A stretch of 64,000 nt of DNA from Cyanidioschyzon merolae (lineage: Eukaryota): NCBI GenBank assembly GCA_000091205.1, contig AP006502.2; one strand, written 5' to 3'. The position numbers and the translations under genes are program-made. A model generated the notes under the pieces. That model saw only the letters and a list, made by a program, of their open reading frames with translations. It had not been told where the DNA came from and searched no databases. Within the stretch, counting starts at the first letter, position 1. Each line of letters begins with the position of its first letter. This document shows positions 21,072 through 30,253 of this stretch, one piece after another.

Positions 21072-23489
21072 TCAGCACGCGCTGGAGCGCGTGCTCCAGT
21101 GCTCGTCCCACTCCCGAATGTACTGACTAGCCCTTGGTATATTGCAGCTGCCCAAAAGTTGGGCGACGGCATTTCGAAACCATTCCTGCGCCGAGACTGC
21201 GCTATCCGACGAGACAGAGTGCATTGCGCTGCACTGTTCGAGCGCTTCTCGCCAGGCTCTGTATAGCCGCTCACGCCATTGTCGTAGGCAGCTTTCCCAG
21301 GTGGCAGATATCGTCGCAGTCGCTGGTCCATCGAGTGTTGCAGCAGTGGCAAGAGTAGTAGCAGCATCAAGAGCAGCGTATCCTGCATCCGGCTCGAGCG
21401 CAGCAGACTTGGCGGCATCGTTCGAATGGCGTTGTCGTTGCAGCGGAGCAGTTGTAATCGAGGCAGCTTCGTTCCATTCTGCTCGCACGCGAGGCTTCAG
21501 CGGTGCGCCGCTCGGCAGGCACTCGACGGCGAGAAGCATCGTGAGCCATGCAGTCGCTCGCAGTTCGGGAGTGTCGTGCATCCAGTTATGGAACGGTGCT
21601 TCGAGCACCTGATAAAGTGCGCCTTCGAAAACGAGCGGTGTCGCCTCTGCAAGCAGTGGTGCCAAGTGTGCCATTCTGTCGGCAGTAACTGCCGCGAGCC
21701 TGTTCAGTATTTCCGTCAACTGTTCCGTGATTTGCACTTCGAAGCAATGACTTGTGAGTTTGGTGCGCAGCTCCTGTGCCCAGCGTTGCAGCTCATCAGC
21801 AATTCCTCGAAACGGTTGCGAATCACCGACGAGCGCGATGCACTGATCATAGAGCGTTGCTTGCGCCCCAACGGTAAGCTGTCCCAGTAGCTCGCAGTTG
21901 TGATGCCATAGACTCCAGCGCTCTGCAGTGACAGGGCCCTGCAACGCTGCGAATTCACCTGCCGACAGCGCCTCGGCAAATAGCGCGACGAGATGCCTCT
22001 GGAGCAGAATCTTCACTTTGGCGACGGATTGCTCCTGGCTGTCAGCAGTTTCGCATACTGCGCGCCAGCTGCGATGCTCTGCAGCGAAAGCCTTCCATTC
22101 GACAAGCTTGGCTGCGAGCGCTGCGAGCGACTCCCCCAGGCTCGACACATCATCCGGCTCTGAATCGAGTAGTCTGCGCTCAGATTCCGACAAAGAGCAA
22201 ACAGTGAGTGCATGCCGCAGCTCGCATTCAAGGCGGCGAAGATTCCGAATTTCCACCTCCAGCGCCGCAAGCCGAGTCCACTCCAGGGCCTGGAACAAGG
22301 GCCGGTGACGCAGTGCTGTGAATACCCGTCGCCAACGCTTCTCCTCTGCTCCAAATTCCGGTGTATGTTCGCGTAAAAGCCTCGAAAGATCCTGCAACTG
22401 TTCAGGAATATGCTCCACGTGCGTCAGCTGGCCCCAATCGAACGCCACCAATGTCGAGGGAGGCTCCAGCTCCGGGCTAGTAGTGCCAGCGGTCAGGTCG
22501 AGGGCGGGCCCTTCGAATGAGGTTAGCGTCCTATGCAACAAAGGTGGCGTCAGAATTCCCGCAAGTGCGTCCGTCCCGTTTTGTCTAGCGTTATTGACAG
22601 TCTGCTGCACAGCAACGCCATCAGAGACTTGATCCTGAGGCCCGGGCGAAGGCGACCGCCTCCGAAGAGCAGACGCTGACGAAGGCACCGGCTGGCTGCT
22701 TGCAGCGGCTGCGTCAAGAGGCAGACGTGCCCCTCCTTCGACGTCGACCGCAGCACCTTCATCTGCTGTGATGCCTTTGAGAGTGACAGGAGGTTCTCGT
22801 GCAGTGCTTTCCATGGTACCTGAGCTCATGACTTTGTCGGTCGTCGCTCGCTGACCCCGAAGCTGCAGCTCCGCAGCATAGCACTCTCGATAGCTATCCT
22901 GGAGCACCTGCACAAAGCGCGTTGCCTCAGCTAGGTCGCTCGGAGCACAAAATAAACAACTCCCATCGTTGAAGAGGAGTGTGAGCCTTGTTTTCGACTC
23001 CGTCGACTCTGAAACCCACTCAACTGCTCGTAGATCCCTGGCGTCCCAGCTTCGGGTGAGTAGCAGACGCTCGCCAGATAACTTGTGTAGGGCAAGCGTA
23101 GGCCGCTGTTTCGAAACACCCTGTCCTTTTTTAGAGGACCTGGTTAGTGCTAGAAATCGCTTTTTCTCTGTCTGCTTTCGCATTCTCTGAAGGAGGCGTC
23201 GCCCTGTGCTTTCCCACTCCACTCGTCGCAACTCGAGGACCGCAAGACATTCCTGGCCAACCTGAAGCGCCACCGCTCCGCTGACCTCTTTCTGAGGTTT
23301 TGAAGTACGATAAGTTTGCTCTGACTGGCTCATTCTCGAGATTGGAGGTTTCCCACTAAACACGCGTTGAACCGCTCTGCGGCCCAGACGTCTCGTGCTT
23401 GGTTCGCCTCCTGTCGAGGAGAAATCAAAGTCTGGCGGATGCCGGAACGTGTCCCGCACACCTGCATTGATCGCATTGTACCTCGACAT
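21072..23489 (-). CDS. Hypothetical protein (805 aa).
   Basis: Long non-repetitive ORF. Its N-terminal ~150 aa have a PH-like pattern (LALTRSSKKG...LLLTRSWDARDL..VEWV....TRLTLLFNDGSCLFCA). No confident family. Confidence 0.5.
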   Translation of the reverse strand: MSRYNAINAGVRDTFRHPPDFDFSSTGGEPSTRRLGRRAVQRVFSGKPPISRMSQSEQTYRTSKPQKEVSGAVALQVGQECLAVLELRRVEWESTGRRLLQRMRKQTEKKRFLALTRSSKKGQGVSKQRPTLALHKLSGERLLLTRSWDARDLRAVEWVSESTESKTRLTLLFNDGSCLFCAPSDLAEATRFVQVLQDSYRECYAAELQLRGQRATTDKVMSSGTMESTAREPPVTLKGITADEGAAVDVEGGARLPLDAAAASSQPVPSSASALRRRSPSPGPQDQVSDGVAVQQTVNNARQNGTDALAGILTPPLLHRTLTSFEGPALDLTAGTTSPELEPPSTLVAFDWGQLTHVEHIPEQLQDLSRLLREHTPEFGAEEKRWRRVFTALRHRPLFQALEWTRLAALEVEIRNLRRLECELRHALTVCSLSESERRLLDSEPDDVSSLGESLAALAAKLVEWKAFAAEHRSWRAVCETADSQEQSVAKVKILLQRHLVALFAEALSAGEFAALQGPVTAERWSLWHHNCELLGQLTVGAQATLYDQCIALVGDSQPFRGIADELQRWAQELRTKLTSHCFEVQITEQLTEILNRLAAVTADRMAHLAPLLAEATPLVFEGALYQVLEAPFHNWMHDTPELRATAWLTMLLAVECLPSGAPLKPRVRAEWNEAASITTAPLQRQRHSNDAAKSAALEPDAGYAALDAATTLATAATLDGPATATISATWESCLRQWRERLYRAWREALEQCSAMHSVSSDSAVSAQEWFRNAVAQLLGSCNIPRASQYIREWDEHWSTRSSAC

Positions 23490-23549
23490 GGCAGGGTGCT
23501 ATACTGGCCTCGTTGACGTATTCTGAGGCTCTAGGTTGAAAGAAACTTG

Positions 23550-25112
23550 TCAACCTTGAGTGCTTTGCTTTTTTGCCCTCACTTGGGCGGAAAAATCTGT
23601 ATGAGTTTCGCAACCGGCCAACGCGTCCTCCGACTTGCTTGTGTTGAAAGAGAAACGCTGCCCCCTGGAACCGTTTCTCGGCGAACGCGTAGGCCGTGCC
23701 CCAGACGAGACAGTTTCGGGATCCAGGGAAGGGGTTCGGAAGCTTCTAGCGTCGAAGTTTCCAGAATCACAGCGGTTTTCGCACAAACGCGGCTCACTTT
23801 GGGGCGGCAACCAACTCTGGCGGCGGCAGCACTTGCTGCAGCCAACAGCGAGAAAAGCCTCGACCAGCCCCGCGAGACAATCCACGACATAGTGGTGTCG
23901 AAGGAAAACCGCCGCCCAGGAGACCGATACCACGTAGGCCCATGAAACAGAGACAAGTGCGAAGAAAACCCGTCTTCTATGGCCACCTGCTGCTTGATTC
24001 CCGGAAACAAACGACTGCCCCTTGAAGGCGCTTGCCATCAGCGCGTACTTGCGGCAGGGCGTCATGGAAGTTATGAAGCGTCTCTGAGAATGCTGCCGTA
24101 TTGCATATTCAGTACATTTGATCGCCATCCAGGTGGCCGTGGCAACATGCAGCGATGGGAACGCCGCGAACACCCATAGGTTCCGTTTGAAAAGGGTAGA
24201 ATACAGAGGAAGCCCCAGCCACTCGTCGATCGCTTCGAGTCGCGCTGCCGAACCTGTTTGCCTCCGAGAATACCATCTGCGGGACTTTGCGTTTGTGGAT
24301 GCAGCACACTGTTGTGATGTTGGCCAGAATGCACCCGTTTCCTGGAGAACAAACCAGGGCGGGGCCGTTGGCCATACAATGTGCAGGATAATGGCTATAA
24401 AGTTCAGCCAACCGTACGAAGATAGCAAGTCAAGAGTAACGGTCCAGGTCGTGGGATCCAGCGATGTCGCCGACATCCTGGGATTCTTTGATGTGCCAGC
24501 AACAAGATACAGCAACAAGAGGAACGTGGCAGCTGGCACAAACGCATGCAGACTGTAGATGAAAGCAGCAAGCAACTCCGCTGTGTAAATATGACCCTGC
24601 GATTCCGTAGAATCATTCAGACGCGAACCGCAAAGCCAAAGCTGCATCGACATTGCACTACTCTGGTTTGGTGCCAGCAACCGAGTCTGATCGATCGTAG
24701 CGAACGGACGACGGTCTCGCGAAGTCTGCTCGATGAAAGCCCAGCTCATTTCATTTCCAGAGTCGCCCGTGTTCTGCAGTGCATGCATTCGATTCAGTTG
24801 CAAGGCACGTGTTCCTAAGGCGCTTGACAGTGACAGCATACGGATCAAAGCCCGATCCAACTTGGGGAGAAAACACAGATGTTGGACTGGCGGCCTACGC
24901 TGGGCAGGCACCACCACCCCGTAAAAGTTATAGATTAGCCACCATAATGTAAAGGGCAGAACTGCCCACAACAGATTTTTCCTTCTTGCACGAGAGTTTG
25001 AGCGTTTTTTTGATTGACTGGTAAAGCAAGCACGAGTGTCTGGCACCCGAGTCCGACGTATGTGATCCTCTTGCTCGGGCCGTGAAGTCTCCTCGCTCTC
25101 CAAACCTGCCAT
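23550..25112 (-). CDS. PAP2-superfamily membrane protein resembling inositol-phosphorylceramide synthase (AUR1) / sphingolipid synthase.
   Basis: Multi-TM ORF. It has a C3-like motif AFPSLHVATATWM (compare SFPSGH) and a C4 motif HYVVDCLAGLVEAFLA (compare HYxxD). The N-terminus is basic. Confidence 0.55.
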   Translation of the reverse strand: MAGLESEETSRPEQEDHIRRTRVPDTRACFTSQSKKRSNSRARRKNLLWAVLPFTLWWLIYNFYGVVVPAQRRPPVQHLCFLPKLDRALIRMLSLSSALGTRALQLNRMHALQNTGDSGNEMSWAFIEQTSRDRRPFATIDQTRLLAPNQSSAMSMQLWLCGSRLNDSTESQGHIYTAELLAAFIYSLHAFVPAATFLLLLYLVAGTSKNPRMSATSLDPTTWTVTLDLLSSYGWLNFIAIILHIVWPTAPPWFVLQETGAFWPTSQQCAASTNAKSRRWYSRRQTGSAARLEAIDEWLGLPLYSTLFKRNLWVFAAFPSLHVATATWMAIKCTEYAIRQHSQRRFITSMTPCRKYALMASAFKGQSFVSGNQAAGGHRRRVFFALVSVSWAYVVSVSWAAVFLRHHYVVDCLAGLVEAFLAVGCSKCCRRQSWLPPQSEPRLCENRCDSGNFDARSFRTPSLDPETVSSGARPTRSPRNGSRGQRFSFNTSKSEDALAGCETHTDFSAQVRAKKQSTQG

Positions 25113-26313
25113 GATTAGGGAAACAATCCAGCGAGTGATGCACTAAGCCAAATACCGCAACGTGCGTGTAGTTTCCCAGGCAAAGACTCTGAGTTTGACA
25201 CAGTGTCCGACTTTTCAAATGCGCTCCTTGCTCGTGAAACACAGCCCAAGGCGCTCACAGACAAGCTTCCAAGTGGTCTCCCAACAGCGTACTCGTCTGT
25301 GTACAGCGTACAATCAACAACGTTTTGAAACAGGGACACATAACGTCGAACTGGAGCAGTGCCGTTCCCGCCTTGTGCTGCACGCATGCATGACGCGTGG
25401 ACACGGATCAGTCCGATACGTGCATTGTGCTGTCGATCGATTTTTTTCGATGAAAAGAACGTTCCATGGACCACGGGATACCAGCGTGCGTAATGGATAT
25501 TGAAATAAACGGAAGCGCTCAATGTTCTTCACTCTACCTCCAAGTTGCATCACTTTTACTTCCTTTCGGATGCGATGGCCGTTTTGTACGTTGTATCGTG
25601 CGCCGAGTGCCTGCCTTGCTGCATGCGTGATAGCAGTTATGCCGCCGGTGCAGATGCAGCACGGGCACAGAACGGCTTTGCCAGATCACTGAGGGCATCG
25701 GATCGCGGGACGCTTCACCTGATACGAAGTCGGAATACGTAATCATTCTGGGGGCTTGAAAACTGGGCAGGCAGATGTTCTTTATGCGGCAGCGGGAAGC
25801 GATGTACTAGGATTCCAACCCGACCAAGGCGATGCCCAGACACAGGATACCCGCTCCTAATCCCAGAATAAACTGTGACGAGGCGGTGAAGGACCTCACG
25901 AATCTGAAGAACCATTTGACAATGAACCTCGAACGTTTCATGATACGCGCCGTGTTTGTGCTGTATCCGGGTGTCTCTTGCAAAGGAATATGGGCGATTA
26001 TCAATGGCATCATGAACGATCGATAGTATAAAGATGAGATCGAATTCGTCGACAAGACGACATCACGCAGGAGCACAAATGAAGCTTCCGTAATCTGTGC
26101 GGTTATACAGGAGCACTGCGCAGTCTTGGGGCTGGCGAATCGAGCAGGAAGGATATCAGAGTTGAAAAAGATAAGGAAAGACACTATCGCCTCGTCCTGC
26201 GCAATTTTGTGTTTCTGGACCGAGAACTCGAATGCAAGGCGGAGATGAAGCCTAATGAGGAAAACATGAAGAGTGGGAGAGACGGAAGGCGTCCCTAATG
26301 GGTAAGCGCTTCA

Positions 26314-27597
26314 ATGGCGTTCTGTTGTGCAACATCAAGTCACATTTTTGTGACTATCGACTCCAGAATCCTACATGGCATCATGAGGGAGAACAGTCCG
26401 GAGTTCGATGTTAGCAGGGAGAACTTCACCGGTGAAAACCGGGAGACGTACTGGAAGAATATCTTCGATTTCAGATGTCTCAAAACAAGCAAGAAAAAGA
26501 ACTTCACTGAGATGATCGAAACCGATGGAGTAGCCATGTGTGTACACCATCGGCGCTTGAAGGCAGATCGTCCAGTTCCGCTCTCGACTTCGCCCTCGGC
26601 GAAGCATGAACATGAGTAGAGGACGGATCCTGCCACTCAGAAAGTGCAGGATCACGACCTTGTCGTTGGCGCAGCGGAGCATGAAGATGAGAAGGAGGCG
26701 GGTCTTGAGAAGCAGAAAGTGCAGGATGACGACTTTGTCGTTGGCGCAGACCCCCGAAACACAAATATCATAACGATCGCTGTACCTAAGCGTGCGGAAG
26801 ATGGCATTGACGGCAACTTATGTCAGAAAGACATACGTCTTTTGAGGTTCTCTAGAGCAAGATACTATCGAGAATCGGGAACCATGAATGCAAGGAAGAA
26901 AATCGACACATGGAATGGAGGAATGAAGGGTCACCTGGGAGCTTTGAGCGAAGTGACGAGCCGAGGAGCGGACTTTCGAGCTTTTCGGAAATTCATGGAG
27001 GTTCGCGTTGCTCATTGGGAGGTGCTGTGGAAAGAGTATACAAAGCCCCGGTCGGCTCGTTTGCGAATGAATCTATACAGTGGGAAGCAGCGGGCGTTTG
27101 CCAACTTTTTCAATCAGTTGAGTGCCTTGAAGGAGGACGAGAGTCAAAGGCTCGTAGTAGCGTATGGGACAGCGCACTGGGCGCCCAAGAAAGGCACTAA
27201 GCCAGCTCCAACGACAAGAACTTACGAGGAGTGCGCAAGGCGTTTTGTTACGATACCTATAGATGAGTTTCGAACATTGTATACACACCATGAGCTGGGG
27301 TGTATACTTCAAAGGGTCGAGATGGAAAAGAGCCAGTAGAGCCCTGAAGTTATAAAAAAGTACGGAGCACTGACGGAAGACCAAATGGAAAGGAGGGCGA
27401 GAGTTCGAGGATTGCTTGCACTAGTGAGTACAACTACCAGTGGCAAGAAACGCATGGAGTTTGTGAACCGCGAATTCAATGCCGCAATCAATATAAGGAA
27501 ATGTGCGGTGCTGGAGAAGAGACCTCCAGAGTTGGCGAGAGAGAATTTTGTTGGACAATCTCTCAAAGTCGAACTATATGAGAAAAAGTTGGAATAA
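26314..27597 (+). pseudogene. Decayed Fanzor/TnpB-like (OMEGA-family RuvC) nuclease gene. One frame is interrupted by in-frame stops at 26620 and 27340.
   Basis: ORFs 26314-26619, 26644-27339 and 27385-27597 all lie in frame 1. A RuvC-I-like block is ...[20 protein letters not shown] RuvC-III-like block is GKKRMEFVNREFNAAINIRKC, matching the TnpB/Fanzor RDxNAAxNI motif with D to E. The intervening RuvC-II position reads RLVVAYGTAHW. A 75-bp internal duplication sits at 26641-26790. Confidence 0.55.
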
Positions 27598-27994
27598 GTG
27601 GTGTGTGGCCGGTCCAAACAGGTTGCGAGGCGTCTGCACAACTGTCGGAGACGTTCTGTCTAGGGCGGGCTCCTCGCCACTACTGTACACCGCTGGCGGA
27701 AACGTTTTTCTTTTGAAAAGCGTTCGTTGTTGGCTTTGGTGAGCTCAAGCTTTGACTATCATTTGTTGAATAACCAAATTAAAACCAGTGAGTGGATCGT
27801 GTGCTCCAGTGGAAAACACCGTGCTCCACTGTTGGTTGCTTACGCGCCTCACTCTGAGGAGGCCGTGCATTTCAGGAGCGATCCGTCCCCTGCTGCTACA
27901 GAGCGCATAACGCCGTGACCTCCCGACGAGGCACTGACAAGGTTAGTGTACAAGTTCCAGGATCCGAGCAGCACCAGACGGCAACGCGCTACAA

Positions 27995-30253
27995 ATGCCA
28001 AAGCAAAAGCTTAAGCTGCCGCGTGGGCCGCAAGGCCGGCTTCCATCATCCTCTACTGATCCAAACCGAGGTAACCGCATACCTGGAGGTGGCGGTTGGG
28101 GTCGAAGTCGCGCTACCGTTAAACGAATACGGATGTATGCTCGTCCCGCTTATGAGCGAGACCGCAACGGACGCATCCAGCATGATCGTGGCGACCTGAC
28201 GAGTTCGGTCGTGAAAGAACCCGGTGCGGGTCGAATCGCTCCAAATCGTCGTTGGTTTGGAAATACTCGTACAATTGACCAGGAGAGTCTCCAGACTTTT
28301 CGAGAGAGCATTTCAGGTGCAGAGCGCGATCCATACACGATAGTTCTGAGACAACGGCATCTACCGTGGACGCTCATCAAGGAAGGCATGGAAGCGAGAG
28401 ACGTTGAACGTTTTGAACATGCCGCAGGCAGGGCAAACCTGCGGTCGCATGCATTGGCGGAAGGCTCGGAAATGACAAGGGGAGTACGGTTCAAGTCCTC
28501 TCAGGCGCTGCTTCGTTTGGAGCCTTTCGCTGAAACATTTCACCAACGTCGCTGGAGAAAGCGACCGCGAATCGCCTTCGATAGTATAGAAGAACTGGCG
28601 GAAAGCGTTCGAGATACTGCCACAACTGCAGCCGCGGCCGCCGGTGCTGCTCAAGCCACCACTGCGGAGCCTGGCGCTGGCAGCGAAGAGCCGAGACCCG
28701 AGGCAGGCCCAGATACATTGCGATCACGCAGTCTGCCTCCAGTACCAGGAGCCGAACGGTCTACAGCAGGTTCATTGAAACAGCTTGCCTCGGAGCAGGT
28801 TCCTGAGCGCAGCATCGATGCACTGGGCAAGACGGCGTACACGAAAGGCCAAAGCCACCGCATCTGGTCGGAGTTGTACAAAGTCATAGATGCTTCCGAC
28901 GTGGTGCTGTTCGTGCTCGATGCTCGGGATCCACTCGGCACCCGTATACCGCTCATTGAAAATATGCTCCGCAAAGAGCATGCTCACAAACACTTGGCTT
29001 TCGTTCTGAACAAGTGCGACCTGGTGCCAAAACATGTCACTGCTGTCTGGTTACGTCTCCTGAGCCGTGAGTATCCCACCGTTGTTTTTCGTGCAAATGA
29101 CTGCAAACGCGCATTCGGGCGTGGAGCGCTCCTACAGCTACTCCGGCAGTTCGCGCGCCTGCATCGCAAAGATCGCCAGTCCATCACCTGCGGTCTCGTG
29201 GGCTACCCTAACGTTGGCAAATCGTCCATCATCAATGCTTTGCGGAAGGAGAAGGTGGTGCGAGCCGCCCCTATTCCCGGAGAGACCAAAGTCTGGCAAT
29301 ATGTAACCCTTTTCCGTCGTGTGTACCTCGTTGACTGCCCAGGGGTGGTGCACGCGCGCCTCGCTGGACACATGGACGTCTCTGACATGGTGCTTCGCGG
29401 TGTTGTTCGGATTGAGAGCCTCCGCGATGATGCGGAGCGGCATATACCGCGTCTGCTTGAACGAGTCAACCGACATCATCTCGAAGCTGTTTACCGAGTG
29501 AGCCTGGATGGATGCGACGCCGACGGTTTTCTCGACGCTATCGCCCGGGCTCGCGGCAAACTTCTTCCTGGCGGTGAGCCCGATCGCAACGCTGCAGCCA
29601 AACTGCTCATTCATGATTTCATTCTGGGTCGACTGCAATGGTACGTCGCACCGCCGGCGATGCCCTCCTCAGTGGCGAAGGCAAACGCAGTGCTCTCTCT
29701 GGACGGCAGCGCTCGCGCCTCTGTCATTGGTACGAACGCGGTTGAGGTGTCGTCCGCTGGCGACGATCGGAACTCGCAAATGCAACGCCATACAGGGAGC
29801 AATGCTGGCGTCTCGAGTCCCGGATCAGAAGCGCTTGACATGGACGAAAGACGAGCCCACTCTGGATCAGCGGCCACCCGCCCGCTGGTAGATGGAGCTG
29901 ATCTGCTCCTGCACGATCTACTAGCCGAACAGAGTTTCGATGAAGATGATGAGGCTCCTGAGGCGCTGTCTGTGTTTACGACAACGAATACTAGCCGAGA
30001 TACCAGCGCTGGAACGCAGTTCACACCGGATGCAGCGGATAGTACTGCGGGGACATCGTCACCAGTCCGAGTCTCTGAAACTGCCGAGCGGTCCATCCGA
30101 AAAGCCCGGAAAAAGTCAACATCAACGCGATCGAAGCGGCGTGCAGGTCGTCTTTCCAAGCGGTTGCGTCGGCTGGCAGAGTGGAATACGGAGCCCGTGC
30201 TGCAGGCAAATCTCCAACGGACATTGCAGAAAACCGAGCCCAGGGTCCATTAA
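27995..30253 (+). CDS. NOG2: Nucleolar GTPase Nog2/NGP1 (GNL2; circularly permuted YlqF/YawG-family GTPase) with a long Ser/Thr/Ala/Asp-rich, basic-tailed C-terminal extension.
   Basis: NRRWFGNTRTIDQESLQTFRESI...DPYTIVLRQRHLPWTLIKE; KGQSHRIWSELYKVIDASDVVLFVLDARDPLGTRIP; permuted order G4 HKHLAFVLNKCDLVP, then G1 GLVGYPNVGKSSIINALRKEKVVRAAPIPGETKVWQYVTL, then G3 YLVDCPGVV. This is colinear with yeast Nog2. Confidence 0.9.
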   Translation: MPKQKLKLPRGPQGRLPSSSTDPNRGNRIPGGGGWGRSRATVKRIRMYARPAYERDRNGRIQHDRGDLTSSVVKEPGAGRIAPNRRWFGNTRTIDQESLQTFRESISGAERDPYTIVLRQRHLPWTLIKEGMEARDVERFEHAAGRANLRSHALAEGSEMTRGVRFKSSQALLRLEPFAETFHQRRWRKRPRIAFDSIEELAESVRDTATTAAAAAGAAQATTAEPGAGSEEPRPEAGPDTLRSRSLPPVPGAERSTAGSLKQLASEQVPERSIDALGKTAYTKGQSHRIWSELYKVIDASDVVLFVLDARDPLGTRIPLIENMLRKEHAHKHLAFVLNKCDLVPKHVTAVWLRLLSREYPTVVFRANDCKRAFGRGALLQLLRQFARLHRKDRQSITCGLVGYPNVGKSSIINALRKEKVVRAAPIPGETKVWQYVTLFRRVYLVDCPGVVHARLAGHMDVSDMVLRGVVRIESLRDDAERHIPRLLERVNRHHLEAVYRVSLDGCDADGFLDAIARARGKLLPGGEPDRNAAAKLLIHDFILGRLQWYVAPPAMPSSVAKANAVLSLDGSARASVIGTNAVEVSSAGDDRNSQMQRHTGSNAGVSSPGSEALDMDERRAHSGSAATRPLVDGADLLLHDLLAEQSFDEDDEAPEALSVFTTTNTSRDTSAGTQFTPDAADSTAGTSSPVRVSETAERSIRKARKKSTSTRSKRRAGRLSKRLRRLAEWNTEPVLQANLQRTLQKTEPRVH

